DNA of 58,760 bases, filler included, from Circinaria calcarea (Eukaryota): the NCBI GenBank assembly GCA_051942165.1. It is 9 parts of 9 records of this genome, joined end to end, with 100 filler letters (N's around TTAATTAATTAA, not from the genome) between each part and the next. Parts side by side here need not be neighbours in the genome. Positions count along the whole stretch, not along the records: positions 32,736 to 39,176 come from JAVECS010001588.1; positions 39,277 to 45,707 come from JAVECS010001589.1; positions 45,808 to 52,237 come from JAVECS010001590.1; 6 more parts are not named here. One strand, 5' to 3'. Made by a program: the position numbers and the translations under genes. The notes beneath the pieces are model-generated. The model was not told where the DNA came from, searched no databases, and worked only from the letters and a program-made list of their open reading frames with translations. Shown here piece after piece: positions 33,231-45,809 of this stretch (its first letter is position 1; the number at the start of each line of letters is the position of its first letter).

Positions 33231-36200
33231 CTAGCTTTCCCCAGCTGCCGGGCGTGACGTTGGCAAAGTCTTCGGCACGCGGGGCTGAGGGATCGGTGGT
33301 TGCAGTCCCTGCAAAGACCCCGTATACGCAAAAGCGTTATTCTGCAGCAGCGGCCCCAAATTCTTTTCATCTAGCTTTGACAAATCCTTTGCCGTTGCAT
33401 GAGCAATGTACGGTGAAACATACGACTCCTGAACTCCCAACGGCGTCCCGTTCTCCCTGGTATGCTTTTGCTGGAGCATCTTTTGACGATCCTTTTGAAC
33501 GATTTCACTAATAATGTCCCGGAGATGCTGGGCAGCACTCTCTTTGAGGATGGGCGCTTCAGGGCTATCCTTGAGTTGCCTCAGCATGGTGCGACATGCT
33601 AGCTCATTGCGCAAGTGCGGACAAGCCCTGGGGGTCCCGTAGTGAGCCAGGCCGCACAGGTTGCAGTATTCGTAGCCGGCAAGCTTGAAAGGACAGTAAC
33701 CGCGTAGGTGGCTACCGAGAATGTTGTTGCATGCCAGGCAAGGTGGATGATTGGGAGATGGGGCCACTGCGGTTGGCCATGCGATGTTCACACGCTGGAA
33801 GTTACCGGCTATAAATCGGTTCGTATTAGTACGCTGCCAAGAGAAGGAATTAGGAAAGGAACATGCACTTACACCTGGCTTGTAACGGAGAACCCTTTGA
33901 TACATGCTGACTACGCGAAGGCCCAAGCTCTGGCGTTGGCGCTGGCAGCTCAGTTATGTTGACTTGCTCATCATCCTCCGCAGCTGTTTCCTCACCTTCA
34001 CTCTCGGCGTCTCGAGCTTGGAAATCAGTATCGTTATCCGAGTCAACTCCACGTCCCTTAGCCGGAGAATCCAGGTCGTCTGCCTTCATTTCCGGCCCTT
34101 GATAATTGACAGTCTATACTCATTAGCGAATGACTATCAAAAGGCAGAAGCACAGGAGTATACCTGGCGTTGACGCTTCCCCCTGCCAAGAGTCTCTATT
34201 CTGGCAGCGTTCTCCAACTCAACTAGCCGAGAACGCTCCTCAAGAATCTTCTTCCAAACAGTCGAGTCTGGTACGGTCTGACCATTACCTGACGTGTTTT
34301 CCAATCCATCCTCTAATGTCCCTGTATCATTTGCCCAAACACGGGCGAAGCTGAACTGAGACTCCGCAGACTTATCTGTGTCTGTTTTCGTAGTTTCTGC
34401 CTGGCTACGGTCAAGCAATTTGTCGACAGAAGAAGAGTCATAACGTATGTCATCCGTGTTATCATCTTTGAACAAGGCTTCGGCACCAAAACGTAGGACT
34501 GACTCGAGATCATTGTCATCCACCTCGGTGTTATCCATCTGTTCAATAAGTGCATGATCCATGGCCATCTTCTTCTTTCCAATCTGCATAATCTTCTCTT
34601 CTGCTGTCCCTCGAGTCATCAATTGAAACACTAGCACTTTGTTCTTTTGACCGATGCGATGAGCTCGAGACAATGCCTGAATATCTTGATGGGGATTGAA
34701 GTCAGGATCCAGAATGATCACCGTATCAGCAGACGCCAAGTTAATTCCAACGCCACCTGCACGAGTTGACAATAAGCATGCGAATAGCGCAGAGTTAGGT
34801 GCATTAAACTCGTCGATTCTCTTCTGTTTTTCCAGACTACCCATTGAGCCATCGATACGCTGATGCAACATTCCGAGTCCATCTAAGAAATCTTCGGTGA
34901 CAGTCAACATGTCCAGAAATTGGCTGAAGATCAGCACCCGATGACCTCGTTCTTTCAATTTCGGTAACATTATATCGAGCAGCTGGAATTTTGATGAAGC
35001 TTCCACAAGTCCTTGGTGGGAGATAGCAGCATTGGTGGTTTTCTCTTCGATTTCGATATTATAAACGAATGGATGACACAGACATTTCCTCAGTTGCATG
35101 AGGATATTCCTAAGACCCGCTACTTTTGCTCCCCGTTTATCACCACCAAAAATAGCTCGCAGGAGGTCTGAATTCTTGGCCAATATGGACTTGTAGAGCT
35201 CCTTTTGAAGAGGGCTGAGTGTCACCGGTACAATCATTTGTGCCATCGGAGGAAGGAATGTTAGAACCTGTGCCTTGGTACGGCGAAGGAAGAACGGACG
35301 CAGAAGCTCATGTAACTCTCGAACATTCTCTTTGGTAAGTATCGCGTATCGCTCTTCTAAAGCCGCCGCGTCGATAGAAGGGTCTAAGAACTGAAGAAGA
35401 TTGAACAATTCTCGCTGATTATTCTGCAAAGGGGTACCTGAGGACAAGTCAACAAATATCTCAGATGGAAGGTGTGGGACTTGCCTGTTAAGAGAACTCT
35501 GAATGGTACTTTGAGCTTACTCAGTGCTAGATACAACAGACTCTCCTCATTCTTGAGTCGCTGTCCCTCATCCACTATCAGCCCTTGCCAGGGAATACGA
35601 CGGAAAATCTTTTGGCATGCATCGTCTTGGGCGGTATTGTACGACGTGACTAAAACATGACATCTGAGGTCTTTAGCGCCCTCTGGGTACATCTCGTACT
35701 TGTGAGCAAGCTCTCGTGCTTTGGCGGAACCAAAGTACATGACAACCCGTAATGACGGTGCCCATTGCTTGATTTCCCTCCGCCAGTTTGCACAGGTTGA
35801 GTCAGGCACCACAATAAGAAAAGGCCAACACTTGTGAGATTGAACTAAGGTAGTCAGGAATGCGATGACCTGGATCGTTTTCCCGAGACCCATTTCATCT
35901 GCCAAGATGGCGTTTTGTTGACGATGCCACTGATACAGCAGCCAGTTCATTCCCTCCATTTGGTACTTCATCAATTTTCCTCCGATCAGCGATTCGGGCT
36001 GGCTCTTCATCTCGATCTTGGAATCAAATTTCTGGGATCTGATCTTTTGGAGGTGTGAATTAAGATTGTATTGTCCGGGAAGATGTGTGTAATGGGCCAA
36101 TACCCAGTCCTCATATGCTAGCTTAAAGTCCGCCCATCGTTCGGAGTCCTGAGGATCTGGAGGAGATTCCCATACCACATCTTCATACCCGAGGCCCTTG

Positions 36201-38408
36201 TACTTAACACGAGCTTGATCGATTTCCTTTATACGTGCCTTATCGACTTCTTGTAAACGTGTTGAGACTACATTAGTGTATCTAACCTCGAAGACAATGT
36301 CGACACGTAGATAGTCCTCAGGAACAGCATCTTCAAAGCGCATCTTTGGAAGATTTGTCCCATTGTCTCGCCTTGCAAAAGCTTTCCTCATGGCAGCATT
36401 GGTAACGCCCCATACCCAAGCACCTGGAATCCAGGTGGCTCTGTAATACGAGAGATTTTGCCATTTGACTAGGTATTCTTTGTCGTCCTCATCGACTAGC
36501 TCCGTCGACTCCCCCAAGGTATACTTATCGACATCGGTTGGTCGCCAGGCAATCAAAGTTTCCAGCTTGGCAGGTGCGGAGGCGCAATCTTTGCATGACC
36601 AATCTCTGGAGTACTCAACAAAGCGTTCCGTGGCATAGTGCTCGTTATTACCGCCCTCTAGGAATCCTTTGTCCGATCTCAGGGGTAAATGATGCATGTG
36701 AAACCCTCGATAACAACCAGTACAACGGAACAAGACGTTACTGGCCTTGTTAATCAAATCGGTCGAAACCTCCACAATCGGATCTTCGCCATCGTTGTCC
36801 TCTCGTTCTTTCTGCTCTTCACGTGCCGTCTTTCGCTCTCGAAAAGGAACACAGCTGGCGCCAAGCTCGTGACATTTTTGACACCTTCCCTGCCTTGGTG
36901 CTTTATCATCCTTCCTTTGTATGGATTCCACGCATCTACGGCATTGAAGCACAAAATCTCGTGGGCCGACCTTGGTTACCAGGTGATCTCGCGAGCCACG
37001 AGGACCGAGGCAGCTCTGATGATAGGATAGTGTGCAACCTTGACAATAGACTAAATGGCCTTTTGAAATGCTCTCTCCATAGTCGCCACATGTATCACAG
37101 AACGGTTGATGCCGAGATAAAAATTCGTCCCTCTCAGGCAAGACTTTGAAGTTTTCCTTGGCACCAACAGCCTTCACAACTGTGTTTGTTGATAGAGTAT
37201 CGGGTATATCGTCTTCCCCCCTTTCGCGCATACTACTCATCTTCCTTCCGGTTCGGTCCGATCTTCGTGTAACACGTATTTCTGATTCCTGAAGTTGACC
37301 ACGTTTCCGCTTGCCAAGATACCCCTGTTGATACCCCTGACTTTCATCACTTTCTAACACACTGTCCGACTCGTCTTCAGTGGGGGCTTTATTCCGCATG
37401 GAGCGTCCTGACCCTTTTATGGGTTTTAGTCGACGACTTCGTCTTTTAGGCTGGTTAGTGTCGCTCCCTGAGCTCTCGCTCGAAGATCCCTGCGACGAAG
37501 ATTCCGAGGGTGGAACTTGTGACCGAGTTGTTCTGCCGCTGTGATTAGGATTTGGTATACTCAGTAGACGTCGTTTGTGAGTTGTTCGAAACGCCTTTGT
37601 AGTCGGTTGACTTAGTTGATCGTCACCCGAGAGGTCGAGTTGTGAAATGTCAACAAACCCGGCAGGTCTTCGCCGCTTGGATTGTAGTGACCTTGAGGAA
37701 ACCATGATGATGTCCGAATCAAATGAGTCGGATAATTGTGGTTGTTTTGAGGACTGATTATTCAAGACTTTGATGGATTGTGATCCACCTGGTAGTTGGC
37801 TCAGGTGCTCAGATGTTAGCTATGTCAAAAACTATTAGTGTTGATCTTGACCACGCAGCGCGCATGACTTGAAAGTGAAATGGATGGCGCTCGAAAATCA
37901 CTTTGATAACGTCGAGATTCATGCAGCTTACCATCAGCTCCTGAGCATCTATGAACTTCACTAGATACTGTAGCTGTCCTGACTTCGTACTCTGCTTGTG
38001 AACCCTGTCGATAGTAGTCTTCTCCTCGTAGACTCGGTATTCCCACCGTCTCTGAAGTGGGGGAACGACAACGGCAATACCTCTGCGGCGAGGTAATCCT
38101 TTTGGAGCTTCTTCTATATAAGCCTGCTCAGGTGTGAATCGATCAGACAAAAAGACAGGTGAGCAGTGGCCCTGGGGGCTTTCTGTGTCGCTTCCCTGCC
38201 GGAGATTTTCACGATCTACGGACTGATCTTTCGCCGATGACAGCCTTGTATCATACTCATTGGCTTCTCCCGGCAAAAGGTGTGTAGACAGGCCGTCGAT
38301 GAGATTTGGTCTGCCAGCAACGGTGGACTTCAGCTCCTTCTCTGTTTTAGCAGCCTCATCTTTGGCAAAGCCTGCCTGCAAGCCCATCTTTTCCGTTGGG
38401 CCTGTCAT
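33231..38408 (-). CDS. mit1: Snf2/CHD-family chromatin remodeler Mit1 (SHREC/NuRD-like); exons 38408-37932, 37819-35485, 35437-34164, 34113-33873, 33808-33231
   Basis: PHD-like Cys/His clusters (FCDTC..LVYCQGCTLSYHQSCL), chromo-like EYLVKW, ILADEMGLGKT, DEGQRLKN, LLTGTPLQNN, LLSTRAGGVGINL, QALSRAHRIGQ, C-terminal CNLCGLAH..CPHL zinc finger. Confidence 0.9.
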
Positions 38409-38856
38409 GTCAGGGAATGATTTCCAGCAGCAAACGATAATTACAATTCGAGTCTTAAACCAATGTCAGATGCCGACAACAGAATGCGAAAGTATATCGT
38501 AGTCTTTAAACAGATATTGGCAACAATCAGAGCCCTTCGGATAGAGACCCATGGCTATATCAAACGCATCACAGCATTAAACCGTGAGTACAGTTAAAGA
38601 TTGTTCCTGATATAGGCTTGAGAGCAACGTTGGATCACGAAGAGACGACCAGTTAACGCGTTCGGGCGCCAACTAAAACAATTTAGCCGATTTAAAATCC
38701 CCGGGCGTGAATCCCTGCAAATCCCCTATACCATATGGTAGCCCCGTCGATCATTTTGGAGCAGATTGAATTTTCGAGCTAAGGAGCTAAGGTATGTAAG
38801 TACGAAAAAGTGTGGAAAACCCTAAATCAACCCAAAGGCATCGAATTGTTAATGTG

Positions 38857-39176
38857 ATGTTGAGAGCATTCGTTGATGTCGCTCAAGCTGTCAAACCGAC
38901 GAACCATAACCATTACAGTGCGTTCAAAGGTGTGACTTCTGTCCGGGCAGTTTCCACGAACACCGCGATTCATCGGGGTATAAGAAAATCCAGAGCTGGG
39001 CCTAGAGAGGAGAGACCAGCATACCCAAATAGCAAAGCCCTCAACCGCGACGGATCCTTCAGCGAGAGAAGCCGACAAGATGAGTGGGCCTCCACAAGGA
39101 TTCGACGGCCCAACCATCAGGCCAGGCAAGATGTTGAGGACATGGAGGAATCTGCCCGGCGTAAGGAAGGTCGGCT
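38857..39176 (+). CDS. N-terminal fragment of a probable mitochondrially targeted protein, possibly rRNA methyltransferase Mrm1
   Basis: Basic presequence-like start; RAVSTNTAIHRGIRKS resembles recalled fungal Mrm1 N-termini; open to contig end; divergent from mit1. Confidence 0.4.
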
Positions 39177-39276
39177 NNNNNNNNNNNNNNNNNNNNNNNN
39201 NNNNNNNNNNNNNNNNNNNNTTAATTAATTAANNNNNNNNNNNNNNNNNNNNNNNNNNNNNNNNNNNNNNNNNNNN
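39177..39276. other. Artificial contig-joining spacer
   Basis: 44 N + TTAATTAATTAA + 44 N. Confidence 0.98.
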
Positions 39277-39320
39277 AGCTCCTGGAGCTTGTTCCGAAGC
39301 TCGGGGTTCTCCTCTGCCAT
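39277..39320 (-). CDS. Probable extreme N-terminus of a Cps1/DIP2-like acyl-CoA ligase-like protein
   Basis: ACAATGGCA context; MAEENPELRNKLQEL runs off the contig and resembles the DMAP1-binding N-terminus of fungal Cps1/Cmr2. Only ~15 codons visible. Confidence 0.35.
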
Positions 39321-40145
39321 TGTTTCAATGTTCGCTGATCTCAAACACTGCCCTTAGCATATCCCAAGTCAGGTAAGACCACCCTTGTCCGTATTGCCGG
39401 CCGTCAAGTCGTACAGATGCAGTGCTTACTTGCAAACAAGACTTCGTATCAATCCAAAGGGTCCCACGCTTTGAAGGGCAACCTCTGCACCTACTCCGTA
39501 CAGAATGCGCCTTCAAAATCAATCGCCAATTAACGGCCCTTGAATCACGGAGTGACCGACTCCGACTCCGAGGGATCTATTATAAGAAAAATTGGCTTTG
39601 CCAGGTGGGCACGTGCCATCAGATTAGATCCTTGTGTACAGAAGAGGCGTAACGGACTTTCCAGACAGCCATAGCGAGGAATCATCCCTTTGTGAACCCA
39701 CTCTCTCCAATCTTACATTGTGAATCTGTCTTTACCCATAATGAAAAGGACTAAACCCCTAATACTAACAAAAAACTTGAACTAGGTTCACAAAGTTAAA
39801 GCTTTGGTTCTATGCCAGGCCGGAGAGATTTGCCCGGAATTGGAACCTCCTATAAAGACATTATAGTAGCCTTTCCAGGTGACACCATATCTCCCAAGTA
39901 AAGGTTGAGGCACTATATGGCCTACGCTTACTCTCTCTCTGCACAATGCTGCAAACGGCCGTTCTCTATGTCAAGTCCTTCCAACTCGTTCCTGCTTTGG
40001 TGACATACTTCGAAGCCCTCTTCTTGTAGCCATCTCCTAGCTATCGTTACTTTCTGTCAGAAACATGGTCAGATAGGTTTTAGACCTATTCCATAGGCGA
40101 CTCCCTTTCTTCCTCGAATTAGCCGTCAATGCATTTGCTTACCGT

Positions 40146-41710
40146 ATGGACGCCGTTATGAATTCTTTGTTGCCGATCACGTACCATTAAAAACAGATTT
40201 CGAGGACCGTTTTAGTAGTCTTTGTTCTGTGCGGTACTAATATTTTAGTATTGGACTGTTTTCCCTATGCGTTGTTATTCTCTCCTCGTTTCTTAGGCCC
40301 TACCAGTTGACCGGCCGCTTATACCAAATGTTGTCATCTCGTGTACCTCGTCAAGCTGACCCGGAATCTCGGCGACTATGTAGTCGGTATCGAGCCTTTC
40401 GCGCCCCTTTGAAAAACCCGGGCGGGTTCTCTATCCCGCAGCTATACAAGCTAGGTTATCTGGAATATGCCAATGCACATCCGAACAATCTAACTTCCCC
40501 CATCCATCCTATTATGGATTTGGAAAAATGGCGACGAGCCCCTGTCGATCCTGATGCAAAGCCTCTGGAAGATGAGGACAGAAGACTCCTCGAGCCGGTT
40601 CTTCGCCTTGCGTCAGCCATGTTTCTGAGTCCTGGCAGTGTTGCTTTTCTACACAACGTTACATATGGAAAGCGCCACCATCTAAAAGACATCTCCATCC
40701 GATATAAGGAAGATTTATATGCTCTAAATGCACCTCCGAGACCTTCCGCGCGAATGAAAAGTGAGTTTGACGAAGTTATATCTCAAATCAGTCCCCATAT
40801 TCATTTCTATATGATTGATTCTCAAGATCCTGAATGGAGCCGGCGCCGAAACGGCAGTTGCCAACGCAACAAACAAATGAAGATATTCTTCTCCGAATCA
40901 ACCAGACTTGGCAAAGTAGGGCAGGGCTCGAACATTAGGATCGACGGTGCTTTTCTGGTGAGGCTGCGCAGTCTGGAAAAGTCGGAGACCCTTCAAGATA
41001 TCAACCATACGCTCCGCATTCAATTCAGGATGGCCTTGACAATATGCCACGAGTTAAATCATGCTATAAATTTGGCTGTGGCACCGAGTACGTCTGGTAC
41101 TGAACCATTCTGTAAGGATCACGATATTCCCGAGCTAGGCTATTCTTGGGAAGAAGAAGTGTTTGACGGTCTGGCGCAATCAACGGATTCGAGTTATCTA
41201 TGGCAAATGGCAGTGTATCGTTTCCCGAAACCTGCCCACTACAGGAATAGATATGGCCGTTTCAAGAGGGGAGAGCCACCGAAGAGCTTCACAATCTACT
41301 GGCTCTCCATGAAGTGGCTCGCTCGGCTTAATCGTCAATCCGCCTGGGATAGATGGAACCAAAACCAGGATCCGAACGTCTTGCATATCCCAAGGTCGAT
41401 TGGGGTCCAGGTCACGGAGGTTGATGAAAAATATCAGGCAGTTTTTGAATGGGACCCTGCATCATTCGAAACAGATGAGACAGCATTCAGAAGCAAGCCA
41501 GGCTGGATTCGTCGGCGGGGCAGAATGGACGGCCATGACGTTACAGATTCTGACCCTGATGGGATCCCACCGCTGGAGCAAGTACGTTCCAACCGAGCTT
41601 TCGACGCAGATATCGAGCATTTGTCAAGCGGAGTTACTGGGCTTCTCTCGGAGCTGGGTGGCGAACACGGATTAGCCTTAGACGGTAACATCGCTGAACT
41701 AGGCCCCTAA
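40146..41710 (+). CDS. Uncharacterised protein with HExxH zincin-like motif; possible first exon 40146-40180 (otherwise start at 40328)
   Basis: 467-aa ORF containing ALTICHELNHAI..EPF..PELGYSWEEEVFDG; a putative 68-nt intron (40181-40248, TACTAAT branch) adds a hydrophobic N-terminus. Confidence 0.72.
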
Positions 41711-42287
41711 TCTAGACGCCAAGAACCTTGATGACAATATATCAAGGTTAAGAAATGCTGGTGAGAAAACGGCGTACGAGGGTGTTCCAATTTAAATAGA
41801 ATATAACTCAAAGGAAGATAGATGAGAAGCTATGGATGCGGGAGGTCAAGGACTGAAGTGCTATCTGTAGGGAGCGAAAGAGGGATGATGGTAAAGTACT
41901 CGGGCAGCCTGAGCCGTGCACGCCCTTTGTATGGCTTATGTCAACCCAGCTAGACCATTCCGTCCGTACCTTGTAGCCAAAAGAATCCACGGTCCAGGCT
42001 ACCTTACGGCAGGGAATGATGTGTACCACGCTAGTGAAACTCACAAGATGTATTGAGGGAACCGTATATTGAATACAAGGAATGTAATGATGGTCTTGCA
42101 CCTTCACACCCGGATCGTGTAAGTGATAGTTCAATGTTGATCGGGCATTAGGTGACAAAAATACCACATATTAATTCCGAGGCCAAAGTTTAATATCTCA
42201 TCGGATATCTGGCAACCCTCGTCTGTAAGTCCAAGACAATCTAAGCTTCGATTAAGAAGGTACCGCAAATTTAAGATTGACCCGGCT

Positions 42288-42942
42288 TCAATCCTGATAA
42301 CATGAATAGTACAGAACGATCAGAACTTCAAACCCCTTCTCCGGCCCGGCATCCCATTCGTAACTCCACATTCCATCGCCTTCGATATCCCAATAACCTT
42401 TCAAGGCAAAGTGCCTCCCTGTCCTACCTGGGCGCACGACCGATCTGTCTTCCTCGGCAGCGATGGGTGCGTCCTTGATAGCATTCTTGGCATCCTGGGG
42501 GACGGGCCGAGCGGCCGTGTGCTGAATGATGGAACTCGTCACCATGAACTTATACCTTGAAGGTGGAGGGAAGGTATCAGCAGTGGTGTCGGCAATGAGA
42601 TCAGAGAGGATAAGGTCCTGTTTTGAAACCATCAGCCTCAATCTGCCCGGGTGTAAGGAGGGAGAAGCCATATAGTACAATCACTCTGTTGTTCCATTCC
42701 GGGACTTGGCTATGATCGTAGCAGGTGACCGGCTTGAACGTCGATGCGAGGGCCTGTTAGACGTTAGAGAACAGCCAGCGGATACAATACGCCCAATATG
42801 GGTAAGATGACCTTACATTGCATGCAATCTTAAACATGCGGTGGCGCTGGACGAGCAGGTTATCATAGGAGAGGCATCCGTATTCATTACCCCAATACAG
42901 AGGCGGTGTGGGGAAGACCATGCCATCTATAATGGTCGGCAT
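42288..42942 (-). CDS. Divergent Tctex-1-type dynein light chain; exons 42942-42817, 42753-42679, 42617-42288
   Basis: Spliced product KIACNALASTF..YDHSQVPEWNNRVIDLILSDLI..YKFMVTSSIIQH..GYWDIEGDGMWSYEW..KGFEVLIVLYY follows the fungal Tctex-1 pattern; both introns are phase 0 and canonical. Confidence 0.8.
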
Positions 42943-44259
42943 TGATCCTTTTTGATTACGCTTGTGGAGCTTCTCCGAGCTGGCTTTCTAATAGGAATAG
43001 GATGAAATGGCTAAAAGCAAAGACGTTGAACCCAAGGACCCGATATCATTGTAAATTTTCTTTCTTTCTGGATTTCAGGGAGAATCGCCAGAGCCTTCAG
43101 AAAACTGCAACTGGTCCGCCGCTTTGTTCCCCCGGTTTCTTGAAACACACACACATATATAAAGTTGCCATCCTTTCTTTGTTCGCCGGATTCGGACGAT
43201 CACCAGGGGCTAATAACACTTTCACCAACGGAATATGCTCGTGATAAGTGGGTAATCAACCCAGGTATCATGGGAGTAAAGGTATCAGAGTAAACACTCT
43301 CATATTTGTCCGAATGTTTATGGTAATATTATACTCCGGTAATGGGAAGGCAGAGAATAGAAAAAATATAAGATACGGTGATACGGTACCTATTTTCGGA
43401 AGTTTAGGGCTGTCAGCCTTACTTTCCGCTAACCTAGTTATGACTAGCTTACTTTACTAGCGGCCACATCTCTTTTTCCGATTTATCTTCGAGATGCAAT
43501 AAAACTCAACTACACAACATTCGTTCTCCTCGGTCCAGAGGAGCTATGAGCGCTTCCCTAGGCCGGGAAGAATCAACCATACAATCACGGTACTTTCCCC
43601 ATCTAGATCAGCTAATCTCTTCCCAAGAACGCCATTGGACTCCAGGCCACAACCATACCGGGGAGTCCGCGGATTGGATAAGGATTACTATTTCCAACGG
43701 AAGGCGTCTTTGAGTATAGATTTGCTGAGAGGGAAGGAAGGAGGAGAATGGCTGCAGGAACGATCATGGTACCAAATGACCACTGAGCGAGGCTGGCGCG
43801 TACCGGTGCAAGGAACGGAGAGCATTACGAACCAATGCGATGTAGTGTCAAGGTCAGCACCAGAAAAAAAAAGGTTTCTACGCGGCCCAGTCCCAGCCCA
43901 CTCAGCTTAAGCACAAGCTGCTATCTTATCGATCCTGTGGGTAGCATCATGATCCGTTAGGAAGGAGAAGAAGAATTCAAAGACTGCGCAGTTCGCAATG
44001 TATGTAAAATCTCTGTGAGTCCTCCACTATCCTGCCGCCGCTTGCATTCTTACCCCTACGCACCATCGAACAACCAAAATGATGAAAAACACCATATATA
44101 TCACAGACCTGTTCTGAAAACACAATGTGGATATCTTCTTGGAGACCTTCTGATCATATATTCCCGTCTCCTGCCTCATCATCTACAGTTATCTTGTCGA
44201 ATTGGACAGCATAGCTAACGATTTCCAAAGTACTCGGATTTCCCCTCGTCCTTACCTAC

Positions 44260-45707
44260 TTAGTCGTCCTCATCACTATCACTCCCACTATCCCATCCTT
44301 CCTCATAGGCCTCCGCGATCTCTCCCAGTTCATTCCCTAGCGCCTCCCTTTCTTCAAAGCCAACCATTCGCATGACAGTCTTTTGGAGAGCTTTGACTCG
44401 AACGGCGACTTGGGTTGTAGAAGACAGTGAGGCGTGGATGGCAAGTGAGTCGGGAGATATGAAGGAAGGGAATATACGAGGAAAGGTGGGGAGGAGCGGA
44501 TGGGGGAGGGGGGTGTGAAACCTGTAATGAGTCGAGGGGTGTTAGCTACATACACGGTACTTAGGGAGAATGTAGGTAGAAGATAGTAATAATACCTTTC
44601 CACCATTGGCAGACCTGCAATGCGCCGTCGTTTCCGTGCGTAACCCTCATCTTCCTCGTGGTCACGATCGGGCTCCTCAAAGTTCCCCCGGTAGCTATCG
44701 ATTTGGCCAAAAATATGAGCTGCTTTCGCGGTTTTCCGACCATACGAAGACATGGACTGCGGCTCCCCGGGAAAGAAATCGATATCAAGATCTTCCGCTC
44801 CCGCATCACCTGCCTGCAGCTCATCTTCCGCAACAGGTACATTACTCCTCTCCGCCCCCGGCGCCCTCTGATCTTTCTGCGCAGCTCTCAACCTCGTACG
44901 CCGCTGACGTGCCAGCTCCTCCGGATCCAGAATACTGCACTGCAGCCTCGCGATGCGTTGGTTGCCATTGACATTGAGCGCCGCCTCCAGATCATTGAAT
45001 GTACGTCGCTTCTGATCGTCATTCCTCATTCGGGAGGGAAGCGTCACGGACTCGATGGCTGTTGCGAGAAGGGCCGAGGTATGCCAGTGCGAGCTTCGAT
45101 CGAGGCAGACGTAGCTGGGGAGGTGTCGGGGGGTCATGGCGAGGGGGATGTACATGGAGGCGTGGGCGGAGATGTCGTGCAAGGTCCTGGCGGCGTTGAT
45201 GGTGCGGAGGAGTTGCTTCTCCTACATATCTTGTCTTAGTCGTTTGCCGTGCAGTAAAACAGAGTGGGTCTTGCGTCTGGTGTAGAAGACACCCAAAGGA
45301 GGATATTACCCCCTGCCCGCTTCCGCTTCCGCCCCCTTCCTCCACTCCCCAAACCCAGATCCCAACCTTCCCAAACTCATCCCGCACCCTCTCTACATAC
45401 CGGCTCGCGAATCCGGCCCACGCATCATCCGCGCCCGTGAACACCTGCACCCCTTGCATGCTGTCACACTCCTCTGCCCACAGCCGCAGATCCCGGTCTA
45501 GCAGATCGTGTTCTCGGTCCAAGCTGGCGAATAGCTCGTCGCCGGTATTGTAGCTTTCAAAGGGGAGGAGGGAGGAGTGTAGGGTGTAGTCGTTGAGCTG
45601 GATGAGGGAGCGCGGGTGGAAGTAAGTATGGGTGTAGTCGGACCAGTAGCGGACGGTGGAAGGGGTGAGGGGGTTGGTGATGGGACTGGTGGTGGTGGTG
45701 GTAGAGA
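44260..45707 (-). CDS. DML1: Dml1/Misato tubulin-like mitochondrial partitioning protein, 5'-truncated; exons >45707-45310, 45221-44596, 44521-44260
   Basis: [57 protein letters not shown]; acidic C-terminus [17 protein letters not shown]. Confidence 0.93.
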
Positions 45708-45807
45708 NNNNNNNNNNNNNNNNNNNNNNNNNNNNNNNNNNNNNNNNNNNNTTAATTAATTAANNNNNNNNNNNNNNNNNNNNNNNNNNNNNNNNNNNNN
45801 NNNNNNN
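45708..45807. other. Artificial contig-joining spacer
   Basis: 44 N + TTAATTAATTAA + 44 N. Confidence 0.98.
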
Positions 45808-45809
45808 CT

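Noticed and set aside
43243..43460. TA-rich patch upstream of the Tctex-1-like gene, possible RIP relic
   Set aside because: No defined termini or second copy in the window.
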